From: an uncultured Chloroflexia bacterium | GTDB lineage: Bacteria; Chloroflexota; Limnocylindria; Limnocylindrales; CSP1-4 | DNA length: 64,000 nt | Assembly: GCA_963746845.1 (NCBI GenBank) | Contig: CAVVCZ010000001.1 | Coordinates: 128,001 to 192,000 of the forward strand | Direction: 5' to 3' | Shown here: positions 1-8,222 of the stretch, in pieces | Numbering within the stretch: the stretch's first letter is position 1 | Layout of the letters: the number at the start of each line of letters is the position of its first letter | Translations under genes and position numbers: made by a program | The notes under the pieces: generated by a model | Seen by the model: the letters and a program-made list of their open reading frames with translations, nothing else | Database searches by the model: none | Told to the model about the DNA's origin: nothing

Positions 1-2
1 AC

Positions 3-209
3 CGACGATCTCGGGCCACCAACGTCGCCGGCGCGTTCGAGCTGGCGCCGGGCGGCGGCGTCCGCGGATCGCGCCCGCTCGACGGTCGCTGGATCGTGCT
101 CGTCGACGACGTGGTCACGACCGGCGCGACCCTGTCGGCGTGCGCGACACCCCTCCTCGACGCGGGCGCCGTCGGGGTGTCGGCGGTGACGGTCGCGCGG
201 GAACGCTGA
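3..209 (+). CDS. comF: ComF-family phosphoribosyltransferase-like protein, C-terminal part (truncated by window edge)
   Basis: Manual translation ...RATNVAGAF...IVLVDDVVTTGATLSACA...VTVARER* contains the PRTase VDDVxTTGAT loop; typical position upstream of hpf. Confidence 0.85.
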   Translation, partial: RRSRATNVAGAFELAPGGGVRGSRPLDGRWIVLVDDVVTTGATLSACATPLLDAGAVGVSAVTVARER

Positions 210-389
210 CGACGAGAGGACGACGAGAGGACGACGACGACCACACCGAACCAAAGACGGGTGCCCGCCCCGGCGCTCCGGCGGGGACCCGGGTGTAGAC
301 TCAAATCTCGACGGGGCCGCCCGTCGATTGCCCCTCGGGCTGCCCGATGTCCGCGCGAACGAGGCCGTCAGGCCTCTCGGGAGGAGACC

Positions 390-995
390 GTGAGGACGAT
401 CGTCAAGGGCAAGAACATCGACGTCCCCGACAACGTCCGGGCGTACGCCGAGCGGAAGCTGTCTCGTCTCGAACGGATCCTCGACGATCGCAGCGACGCG
501 CTCGTGGAGCTCTCCGTCGAGCAGCATCGGAGCCTCGCCGACTCCCACATCGTCGAGGTGACGCTCGTCATCGACGGCCGGACCCTGCGCACTCACGCCG
601 CCGCCGCGACCCATCGCGCGGGCGTGGACGAGGTCGTCGACAAGCTGGAGCGACGCGCGGTCGATCATCGCGAGAAGCCGCGGATCCGCGCTCGTCCCTC
701 CCAGGAGAAGGAGATCCTCCGGCGGATCGCCGACGGCACGGCCGAGCCCGCCCGCGAGCGTCGCATCGTCAAGACGAAGCGCTTCGCCATCGAGCCGATG
801 TTCGAGGAGGACGCGCTCGCGCGAATGGACGAGCTCGGCCACCGATTCTTCGTCTACGTCGACGCCGAGAGCGAGCGGGTGGCGATCCTGTACCTGCGCG
901 ACGACGGCGACGTCGGCCTGATCGAGCCGCTCGTCGCCGGCGAGTACACGAAGGGCCGGAGCCGCCAGCCGAGCCGCACGAACGGCCGGCACTGA
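390..995 (+). CDS. hpf: Ribosome hibernation promoting factor (long HPF/RaiA)
   Basis: GTG at 390 after SD GGAGGAG; VKGKNIDV..YAERKL..LER N-domain and C-terminal IVKTKRF.IEPM..EDA...M..LGH.FFVY. Confidence 0.93.
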   Translation: MRTIVKGKNIDVPDNVRAYAERKLSRLERILDDRSDALVELSVEQHRSLADSHIVEVTLVIDGRTLRTHAAAATHRAGVDEVVDKLERRAVDHREKPRIRARPSQEKEILRRIADGTAEPARERRIVKTKRFAIEPMFEEDALARMDELGHRFFVYVDAESERVAILYLRDDGDVGLIEPLVAGEYTKGRSRQPSRTNGRH

Positions 996-998
996 CCC

Positions 999-1313
999 TC
1001 AGGCGTCGGCAACCGACTCCGTCATCGGGCGGGCCCGCCGGTAGATGCCGGCCTCACGCGTCATCAGCTTCCCGTCGACGAGGTAGCGCCGCAGCGCGGC
1101 CACGTCCGGGTGGAGCAGCGCCAGCCGCATGTTGACCTCCTTCTCCTCGTACGGCCGATCCTCGGGGAAGCACTGGTCGAGGATCACCGGCAGGAGGAGG
1201 TCGCGCTTGCTCGGTTTGGCAGGGATCGACACGAGTCGCCCGTCCCGCAGGAAGGCCCGGACGACCTTCTCCTGGTCCGTGAGGCGGCGCGTCGGGGCAT
1301 CGGAACCGGACAT
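999..1313 (-). CDS. DUF2087-family winged-helix protein
   Basis: FLRDGRL.SIPAK..KR..LL, Y.EKEVN..L...HPD.A.LRRYLVD..LM.R..G.Y signature. Confidence 0.85.
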   Translation of the reverse strand: MSGSDAPTRRLTDQEKVVRAFLRDGRLVSIPAKPSKRDLLLPVILDQCFPEDRPYEEKEVNMRLALLHPDVAALRRYLVDGKLMTREAGIYRRARPMTESVADA

Positions 1314-1354
1314 GGGGCGACCGTAGCAGAAGCTCGCCCGGTACGATGGCGACC

Positions 1355-2374
1355 ATGCTTCCCGACGGCCGGCGCATCGGCGCCCACCTCGCGCTCGGCG
1401 ACGGGATGGTCAAGGCGGCCGAGCGGGCGTCCGCGATCGGGGCGGATGCGCTCCAGGTGTTCAGCGACAACCCGACGGCGTGGGGACGTCGGGAGGAGCC
1501 TTCGCCCGAGATCGATGCCTTCCGGCTGGCCCTTTCCACGAACGACATCGCGCCACTCGCGATCCATGCCTCGTATCTGATCAACCTCGCGGGGACCGAC
1601 GACGAGCTTCGTGGGCGCTCGATCGAGCTGCTGGCCGCCGAGCTCGAAGCCGCGGGTCGGTTCGCCGCGAGGTTCGTGAACGTCCACACCGGGTCTCACC
1701 GAGGCGGTGGTCCCGACGCCGGCATCGAGCGACTGACGGACGGGATCGCGGCCGCGCTCGCCGGCGAACCCGCCACGGCGACGCATCCGAGACCCGTGAT
1801 CACGCTCGAGAATTCGTCCGGGGGTGGCTGGGGGCTCGGCGTCGACCTCGATCAGTGGGTCGCGATCGCGGCCGGGATCGAGCGCGCGGGGATCGATCGT
1901 TCCCGCGTCGCCTTCTGCCTCGACACCGCCCACCTGTGGGGCGCCGGCATCGACGTGTCCGATCCCGCGGCGATCGACGCGCTCCTCGGCGCGTTCGACG
2001 AGGCGATCGGCCTGGAGCGATTGCCGCTGATCCATCTGAACGACGCGAAGACCGAGCTCGGATCGCGGATGGACCGTCACGAGCACCTGGGCGCTGGTCG
2101 GATCGGACCGGTCGGGCTGGCCCATCTCCTGCGGCACCCGGCGCTCGCGGGCGTCACGTATGTGCTCGAGACACCCGGGATGGAAGAAGGCTACGACGCG
2201 ATCAACATCGCCCGAGCCGTCGCCCTCGCCCGGGGCGAGCCGCTCGCGCCGCTGCCGCCGGGCGCGCTGTCGCTCGGTGGGAGCCGGTCGCGGGCCGCCG
2301 GACCACCCGACGCGCGAGCGCCGGTCAGCGCGGCAGCCGCGGCGGCCGCCTCGTCGGCCACCCGGCGACCGTGA
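1355..2374 (+). CDS. nfo: Endonuclease IV (AP endonuclease family 2)
   Basis: IGAH, QVF..NP, HASYLINL, H.GSH, LEN, CLDTAH, HLND.K, DRHEHLG.G, LETP motifs; start placed at ATG 1355 (TACGAT 7 nt upstream), alternative ATG 1346. Confidence 0.93.
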   Translation: MLPDGRRIGAHLALGDGMVKAAERASAIGADALQVFSDNPTAWGRREEPSPEIDAFRLALSTNDIAPLAIHASYLINLAGTDDELRGRSIELLAAELEAAGRFAARFVNVHTGSHRGGGPDAGIERLTDGIAAALAGEPATATHPRPVITLENSSGGGWGLGVDLDQWVAIAAGIERAGIDRSRVAFCLDTAHLWGAGIDVSDPAAIDALLGAFDEAIGLERLPLIHLNDAKTELGSRMDRHEHLGAGRIGPVGLAHLLRHPALAGVTYVLETPGMEEGYDAINIARAVALARGEPLAPLPPGALSLGGSRSRAAGPPDARAPVSAAAAAAASSATRRP

Positions 2375-4038
2375 CCGGCGCCCTCGCGGCCGCCCGATCG
2401 CGCGTCTCGACGACGACCCTCGAGTGGGTCGGCTTCGTCGCCATCCTCGCGATCGCCGCGGTCCTCCGGCTCGTGAACCTCACCACGCGCGGGACCTGGG
2501 ACGCCGACCAGGGGCACGACATGCTCGTCCTGCGCGATCTCGTCCAGCACGGGCAGATCCCGCTCCTGGGCCCACCGACCTCGATCGGCGACTTCCATCA
2601 CGGCGTCCTGTACTACTTCCTGCTCGCCCCGGCCGCGGCCCTGTCCGGCGTCGACCCGATCGGCGTGACGGCATGGATCGCCATCGCCGGGATCGTCGCG
2701 GTCGCGGTGACGTTCTGGCTCGGCCGCGCGATCGGCGGACCGGTCGCCGGGTTCGTCGCGGGCCTGCTGATGGCCGTCTCGGCGAGCGCGGTCGACGAGT
2801 CGACGTTCATCTGGAACCCGAACCTGATCGCGCTCTCGAGCGCGATCGCCCTCGCGGCGAGCTGGCACGCCTGGTCGGCGTGGCGGCCGAAGTGGTGGAT
2901 CGCCGCCGGCGCCGCCGCGGTCGTGACGATGCATCTCCACGTCCTGGGGATCCTGCTGACACCGGTCGTCGGAGGGCTCCTCGTCGCCGACATCGTCCGG
3001 CGCCAGCGCGATCGGGACACCGCGGGCGTGGGCGCGGTCGTCGCGTCCGTCGGCTGGTGGATCGTCCTCGCGCTCCTCAGCTACGTCCCGCTCGCGATCC
3101 ACGAGGCCGCCAACAACGCGTCGGAGCTGCGCGCCGCGATCGCGTTCCTCTCCGGCGGCGGCGAGCCGGCGTCGGTCTCGCTCCCGGCCCGGCTGCCGAT
3201 CGTGGCGCTCCGTGTGCTCGGCTGGCCGCTGACAGGGCTGATCACGGACGCCCCGCTCGCCTCGATCCTCAGCGCGACGGTCGTCGTCGTCCTGACGGTC
3301 TGGCGGGGCTGGTTCTCGCACCCGGGCTCGGTCGCCTCGGCCGAGGCCGAGCAGGTCGCGCTGGCGGAGCGGACCGGCGTCCGCTGGCTGGGACTCGGGC
3401 TGCTGTGGACCGTGATCGGACTGACCGTCGGGGCATCGAGCCTCGCGACCGTCGTGGTCGGTCTCCCGAACGACCACTACCACGCCTTCGCCGACCCGAT
3501 GGTGTTCGTCCTCGTCGGTGTCGGGGTCGCGGCGCTCATCCGGATCGGAACGAGAGCTCGTGGTCGCTGGGCCGGACTGGTCCGGGCCGTCGGTTCGCTG
3601 CTCGCAGCCGGGATGGTCGTGACGCTGGTCGGCTGGAACGTGATCGATCAGCCACCCGCGGTCGCGCCCGACGGTGGCTGGCCGGCGGCCGACGCGGCGG
3701 CGGCCCGGATCCTGGTCGCCACCGGCGGCGGACCCGTGACGCTGGACAGCCTGCCCGCGGTGAAGTCGGCCGACGCGGTCCGCTTCCCGCTCGAACGGCT
3801 GGTCCCCGGGATCGTCGTCGACCCGGGGGCCGGGGCCGGGGCCGGAGTCGGCGGACCGGCCCGGGTCGTCCTGTGCGATCAGCTGTTCCACGAGTCGATC
3901 GGGGCCGACTGCGGCGGCCCCGCAGAGGACGCCTGGATCGCGGCCAGGCTCGGGTCGGGCGGCCCGGAGCCCACGGTCGTCGATCGGTTCGAGGCCGCCC
4001 CGGGCCGCTGGGTGACGGTCTACCGCGCCGGCACCTGA
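2371..4038 (+). CDS. ArnT/PMT-like (GT-C fold) polytopic membrane glycosyltransferase
   Basis: GTGA overlap with nfo stop; LR..NL....W..DQG.D, LLGP.TS.....HG.LYY.LLAP, S..IWNPN motifs, many TM segments. Confidence 0.75.
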   Translation: MTGALAAARSRVSTTTLEWVGFVAILAIAAVLRLVNLTTRGTWDADQGHDMLVLRDLVQHGQIPLLGPPTSIGDFHHGVLYYFLLAPAAALSGVDPIGVTAWIAIAGIVAVAVTFWLGRAIGGPVAGFVAGLLMAVSASAVDESTFIWNPNLIALSSAIALAASWHAWSAWRPKWWIAAGAAAVVTMHLHVLGILLTPVVGGLLVADIVRRQRDRDTAGVGAVVASVGWWIVLALLSYVPLAIHEAANNASELRAAIAFLSGGGEPASVSLPARLPIVALRVLGWPLTGLITDAPLASILSATVVVVLTVWRGWFSHPGSVASAEAEQVALAERTGVRWLGLGLLWTVIGLTVGASSLATVVVGLPNDHYHAFADPMVFVLVGVGVAALIRIGTRARGRWAGLVRAVGSLLAAGMVVTLVGWNVIDQPPAVAPDGGWPAADAAAARILVATGGGPVTLDSLPAVKSADAVRFPLERLVPGIVVDPGAGAGAGVGGPARVVLCDQLFHESIGADCGGPAEDAWIAARLGSGGPEPTVVDRFEAAPGRWVTVYRAGT

Positions 4039-4230
4039 GCGTCGTCCAGCCGCGACAGCCGTTCACCACAGGCACGTGAACGTGACTGCGTTCGTCGCGG
4101 ATGGGCGAGGCTGGCAAGGCGCCGGGGAGCAGCGGAGCGAGCGCACTTCAGGGTGCGTGAGCGAGCAGCGCAGCCGGCAACGCAGTCCAGCGTCGTCCAG
4201 CCGCGGCAGCCGTTCACCGCAGGCAAGTGA
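4038..4230. repeat. Hairpin-forming intergenic repeat element (MITE/REP-like) with a 42-nt direct repeat
   Basis: 4038-4079 and 4189-4230 match at 39/42 nt; 4076-4217 has imperfect terminal inverted arms; 32-nt core identical to 53126-53157. Confidence 0.7.
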
Positions 4231-4233
4231 CAA

Positions 4234-4267
4234 GCGAATGCCGGCGCCCCAGACGCCGGCATTCGCT
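4234..4267. terminator. GC-rich stem-loop between convergent genes, probable terminator
   Basis: GCGAATGCCGGCG-loop-CGCCGGCATTCGC inverted repeat. Confidence 0.55.
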
Positions 4268-4360
4268 GTCCCCGAGACCCGGACGTGGAGGGCATCCGGG
4301 TCGTGCCCTGGAAAAAGCGGTGGTGACCCGACGGTTGCCGGGCGGGAGCCTCCCGGGCGG

Positions 4361-4888
4361 CTAGGGTCGACCGGGTCGACCGAGGGGTCGACCGACCGGG
4401 CGACTGGAGCCCATCCGGCTCGTCGGCACCGGCCCGACACCTGCAACCACCGGGCCGGAGCCCATCGTCGCGGAGCGCGCGATCGGGCGCTCCGGCGGAC
4501 GGTTGGACGACGGCTCGGATGGCTGGAAGGTGCGGCCGAACCGGCGCATCCGGACGGCGAGGTAGTACTCCATGATCTGGCGGACCTGCGGCTCGCTCAG
4601 GAGCTCGTCCGCGCGGAGGGCGTACTCGACCCGGGCCGTCGGGTTCGTCGCCCCGGAGGCAACCAGGCCGAGGTACTGCGGGGTGTCGGCATCGTCACGA
4701 AGCTCACGGAGGCCACGGGCGAGCTTGGTCGCCGTGCCGAGGGACGGCATCCGGTCGCCCCGGATCAGCCGGGAGATCGTCGAGTGATCGACGCCGGACT
4801 GCTGGGCAAGCTGGCGCTGCGACATCTTCTTGGCCTTGAGCTGGGCTCGCAGCCACTCGTTGAACGCGCGACCGTTCTGGGTGGTCAT
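4361..4888 (-). CDS. XRE-family HTH transcriptional regulator
   Basis: F..WLR..L....MSQRQLA..SGVDHSTISRL..G.R.PSL.TA..LA cro/C1-type HTH; low-complexity C-terminal tail. Confidence 0.88.
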   Translation of the reverse strand: MTTQNGRAFNEWLRAQLKAKKMSQRQLAQQSGVDHSTISRLIRGDRMPSLGTATKLARGLRELRDDADTPQYLGLVASGATNPTARVEYALRADELLSEPQVRQIMEYYLAVRMRRFGRTFQPSEPSSNRPPERPIARSATMGSGPVVAGVGPVPTSRMGSSRPVGRPLGRPGRP

Positions 4889-5187
4889 GACGTCGTTGGG
4901 CGCTCCGTCTTTCGAGCATGCGGCTGGTGACGCGATGTCGACATGATCACGAACGGCCCCGGATACCCTGTATCACCCGTTCGTACCGCCGCGGGCCACG
5001 CGGCGTCGGCGACGGCCGCCCCGGTGTGGTGGAGTTGGCACGGGTCCGGGCCGGAGCAGGCATGGGACCCCCGTCCCACGTCGGGATTTGCCCGAGAGGC
5101 CCTGGTCGGTTCCCGGCCCCCGATCGTCCTCTCCATCATGCAGCGCGGTGGGAAGCCCTTCGAGCGCCGGCGGGCGCCCGGAACGGA

Positions 5188-6486
5188 TCAAGCGGCGGCG
5201 GGCGTGGCCTCCGGCAGCGGCGCCTCGGTGATGCCGCGGCCCTTGCGCAGCGGCGAGCGCCAGTAGGCGATCGAACCGAACACGATCACCGACAGGACGC
5301 TGATCGCACGGTCGACGAGGACGATCGCGAGCGCCTCGGTCTGGGGCACCCCGTAGACCAGGGTCAGGACCGCGATCACGCCGGTCTCGACGACGCCGAT
5401 GCCTGCGGGGGTGAGTGGCACGGCCGTCAGGAGCGAGCCCGTGAGGGCGACGAAGAACGCGCCGCTGATTCCCAGGTGGACATCCGGGAAGCCGAGCGCC
5501 TCGACGACGAGGAAGAGGCGCATGGCCTCGGTGGTCCAGATCAACCCGGTGAGGACGACGAGCCGTGGCAGCGCCGACATCCCGACCGCGGAGAAGACCC
5601 CCTCCTCGAACCGGTCATACAGCTCGAGAATGCTGTGCGGCAGGGGTAGCCGCACGATCAGGCGCCGGCCGAAGTTCCGCATCGTGAGCAGGCCGAACGC
5701 CAGGATCACCACGACGGCAACGCCGATCGCGAACACGAGCTGGACCTGGTCGGGAAGGCGGCCGCGGAACGACCAGTAGCCGGCCGCCAGCCCGAGGACG
5801 ACGATCGCGAAGAGGTCGAGGATCCGCTCGATGAAGACGGTCCCGAAGGTCCGCGACAATGACACCGGGCTGTTGATCTTCAGCAGGTAGGCCCGGTAGA
5901 GGTCTCCCAGCTTGGCCGGGACGAGGCAATTCACGAGCCAGCTGATGTAGATGATCTCGGTCGCGTCGCGGACCTTGAGGCGGAACCCGGTGCCGCGGAT
6001 GAGGATCGCCCAGCGCAGCCCGCGGAGCGGGAACCCGAGGTAGAACACGAGGGTCGCGGCCAGCAGCAGCCAGACGTTCGCGCCGGCGATCAGCGCCGGC
6101 AGCTCCTCGAGATGGAAGCCCGGCAACGCCCGCGCGAAGAGGACGAACAGGACGATCGGGAGGATCAGGGACAGGATCGTCCGCGGCTGGCGCAGCCGCC
6201 GGCCGAGCGACAGCTGGTCCGGGGTGATGCTCTCCTCGGCCCGGCGGTCCGCGCCCGTACGGCGATCGGTCCCGGAGCGGCGTTCCGCCTCGGATCGGCG
6301 GTCGGCGTCGGCGACGGCCCCGGTGTCCGCGGCCAGGGCGGCCTCGGCATCGGCGGCCGCGGCCGCCTCGAACGCGGCGACCTCCTCCTGGCGCCGCTCC
6401 TCGCCGGTGCGCCGGTCGTCGCCGCTCCGGCGGTCCTCGCCGTCGGGCCCCGTCGGGCCGTGGGCGGTGCCGAAGAGCCCGCTCAC
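5188..6486 (-). CDS. UPF0104 / LPG-synthase-TM flippase-like membrane protein with Arg/Asp-rich N-terminus
   Basis: R..RW, N...PAK.GD.YR, T.F.ERI.D, P.TP.G.G..E motifs; about 8 TM helices. Confidence 0.85.
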   Translation of the reverse strand: MSGLFGTAHGPTGPDGEDRRSGDDRRTGEERRQEEVAAFEAAAAADAEAALAADTGAVADADRRSEAERRSGTDRRTGADRRAEESITPDQLSLGRRLRQPRTILSLILPIVLFVLFARALPGFHLEELPALIAGANVWLLLAATLVFYLGFPLRGLRWAILIRGTGFRLKVRDATEIIYISWLVNCLVPAKLGDLYRAYLLKINSPVSLSRTFGTVFIERILDLFAIVVLGLAAGYWSFRGRLPDQVQLVFAIGVAVVVILAFGLLTMRNFGRRLIVRLPLPHSILELYDRFEEGVFSAVGMSALPRLVVLTGLIWTTEAMRLFLVVEALGFPDVHLGISGAFFVALTGSLLTAVPLTPAGIGVVETGVIAVLTLVYGVPQTEALAIVLVDRAISVLSVIVFGSIAYWRSPLRKGRGITEAPLPEATPAAA

Positions 6487-7217
6487 GGGCCGATCGGCAG
6501 CGATCGATCCGTCGGCGGGCTCACCCGGCCGTTGCCGCGGACCCGCTGGACCACCTTGGCGACGGGCGTCCAGAGCCGGACGTAGAACGACGCCCGACCG
6601 ACGATCAGCTCGGCGGTCGCCAGGGCGGCAAGGAGCCCGGCCGCCGTCGAGGGGTCGCCGTCGAGGGCCGTATACGCCACCCCGACCTCGAACGCGCTGT
6701 GGGCGTCCGACACGGCGATCCCCGGCCGTCCGTGGCGATGGGCGAGCTCGGCGGCCTGCCGGTTGCCGTCACCGAACGCGACCCGGGCGTTGTGCGCCTC
6801 GACCCAGTCCACCTGCGGCACGAGGCGCTCCATCTGCTCGTCGCGCAGGAGCGAGCCGCGGAACCGATCGAACGGATGGGGGATCCCGACGAGGCCGCCC
6901 TGGGCCCGGACGGCGGTGATCGCCTCCTCGGCCGACAGGCCGGGCGGGATCGCCTCAGTCAGGAACAGCGCGACGAGGTCGCCGTCGGCCGTCTTGATCT
7001 CCTCGCCGACGATCAGCGTCAGGTCCGGCGCGATCTCGGCGGCGACGTCCCGGCCCTCGACCGCGCCGTCGATCCGGTCGTGGTCGGTGATCGCGAGGTG
7101 GGTCACCCCGCGCTTGACCGCCGTCCGGATCAGGGACGCGGGCGAGGCCAGCGAATTGAACGACGCCCGCGAGTGGGTGTGGAGATCCGCGAACGACCTC
7201 GCGGGCGTCGCGGCCAC
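6483..7217 (-). CDS. PHP-domain metal-dependent phosphoesterase
   Basis: DLHTHS, AITDHD, GEEI.T..G, PHPF, SDAH motifs. Confidence 0.88.
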   Translation of the reverse strand: MAATPARSFADLHTHSRASFNSLASPASLIRTAVKRGVTHLAITDHDRIDGAVEGRDVAAEIAPDLTLIVGEEIKTADGDLVALFLTEAIPPGLSAEEAITAVRAQGGLVGIPHPFDRFRGSLLRDEQMERLVPQVDWVEAHNARVAFGDGNRQAAELAHRHGRPGIAVSDAHSAFEVGVAYTALDGDPSTAAGLLAALATAELIVGRASFYVRLWTPVAKVVQRVRGNGRVSPPTDRSLPIGP

Positions 7218-7223
7218 CGGTCC

Positions 7224-8222
7224 CTAGACCTGGGAGACGAGCGACTTCTTGAAGAAGTCGAAGTGCTCGAGCGCGAGGCCGGTTCCGAGGGCGACGCAGT
7301 TCAGGGAGTTCTCGGCGACGTGGCACGGGACGCCCGTCACCTGGGTCAGGAGCTTGTCGATGTTGCGCAGGAGCGAGCCGCCGCCGGACATCACCATCCC
7401 CTTGTCGATGATGTCCGAGCTGAGCTCGGGCGGCGTCTGCTCGAGGACCATCCGGACCGCGGCCACGAGCTGCTGGAGCGGTGCCTCGATCGCCTCCATG
7501 ACCTCGGAGCTCGTGATCGGGATCGTCCGCGGCAGGCCCGCGATCAGGTCCCGGCCGCGGACCTCCATCTGGAGCTCGCGCTCGAGCGGCAGGGCGGTCC
7601 CGATCTGGATCTTGACCTCCTCGGCCGTCCGCTCGCCGATCATCAGGTTGTACTTCTTGCGGATGTACGTCGCGATGTGCTCGTCGAACTTGTTGCCGCC
7701 AACCCGGAGCGAGGTCGAGACGACGATCCCGCCGAGGGCGATGACCGCGATCTCCGATGTCCCGCCGCCGATGTCGATGACCATGTTCCCGGACGGCCCG
7801 CTGATCGGGACGTTCGCGCCGATCGCGGCGGCGAGCGGCTCCTCGATGAGGTACGCCTCCTTCGCGCCGGCCTTGAGGGCCGCGTCGCGGACGGCCCGCT
7901 TCTCGACCGACGTGACGCCGGCCGGGACCGAGATCATCACCTCCGGCCGGGAGAAGCCGATCCTGCCCTTCGTCGCCTTGGCGATGAAGAAGCGGAGCAT
8001 CGCCTCGGTGATCACGTAGTCGGCGATGACGCCGTCCTTCATCGGGCGGATGGCGGTGATGTTGCCGGGCGTGCGCCCGATCATCTCGCGGGCCTCCTCG
8101 CCCACGGCCACGATGCGGTTGTCGTCGGAGACCGCGACCACGGACGGTTCCGTGATCACGACCCCCTTGCCCTTGACGTAGACGAGGACGTTGGCCGTGC
8201 CGAGGTCGATGCCGATCTTCAT
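7224..8222 (-). CDS. mreB: Rod shape-determining actin homologue MreB/Mbl
   Basis: [43 protein letters not shown]; lies downstream of murA like Bacillus mbl. Confidence 0.96.
   Translation of the reverse strand: MKIGIDLGTANVLVYVKGKGVVITEPSVVAVSDDNRIVAVGEEAREMIGRTPGNITAIRPMKDGVIADYVITEAMLRFFIAKATKGRIGFSRPEVMISVPAGVTSVEKRAVRDAALKAGAKEAYLIEEPLAAAIGANVPISGPSGNMVIDIGGGTSEIAVIALGGIVVSTSLRVGGNKFDEHIATYIRKKYNLMIGERTAEEVKIQIGTALPLERELQMEVRGRDLIAGLPRTIPITSSEVMEAIEAPLQQLVAAVRMVLEQTPPELSSDIIDKGMVMSGGGSLLRNIDKLLTQVTGVPCHVAENSLNCVALGTGLALEHFDFFKKSLVSQV

Noticed and set aside
208-240. Short tandem repeat GACGACGAGAG x2 plus GAC run after the comF stop
   Set aside because: Two units of low-complexity sequence; probably slippage, no spacers or structure
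4038-4230. Possible mini-CRISPR (two 42-nt repeats)
   Set aside because: Only two repeats, a 109-nt intervening segment that itself recurs at 53 kb, and no cas genes
5040-5100. Minus-strand GGGCAAATCCC...GGGACG resembling a c-di-GMP-I riboswitch 5' half
   Set aside because: Lacks the GNRA loop, GCAAAG junction and second stem; needs an Infernal search to exclude formally
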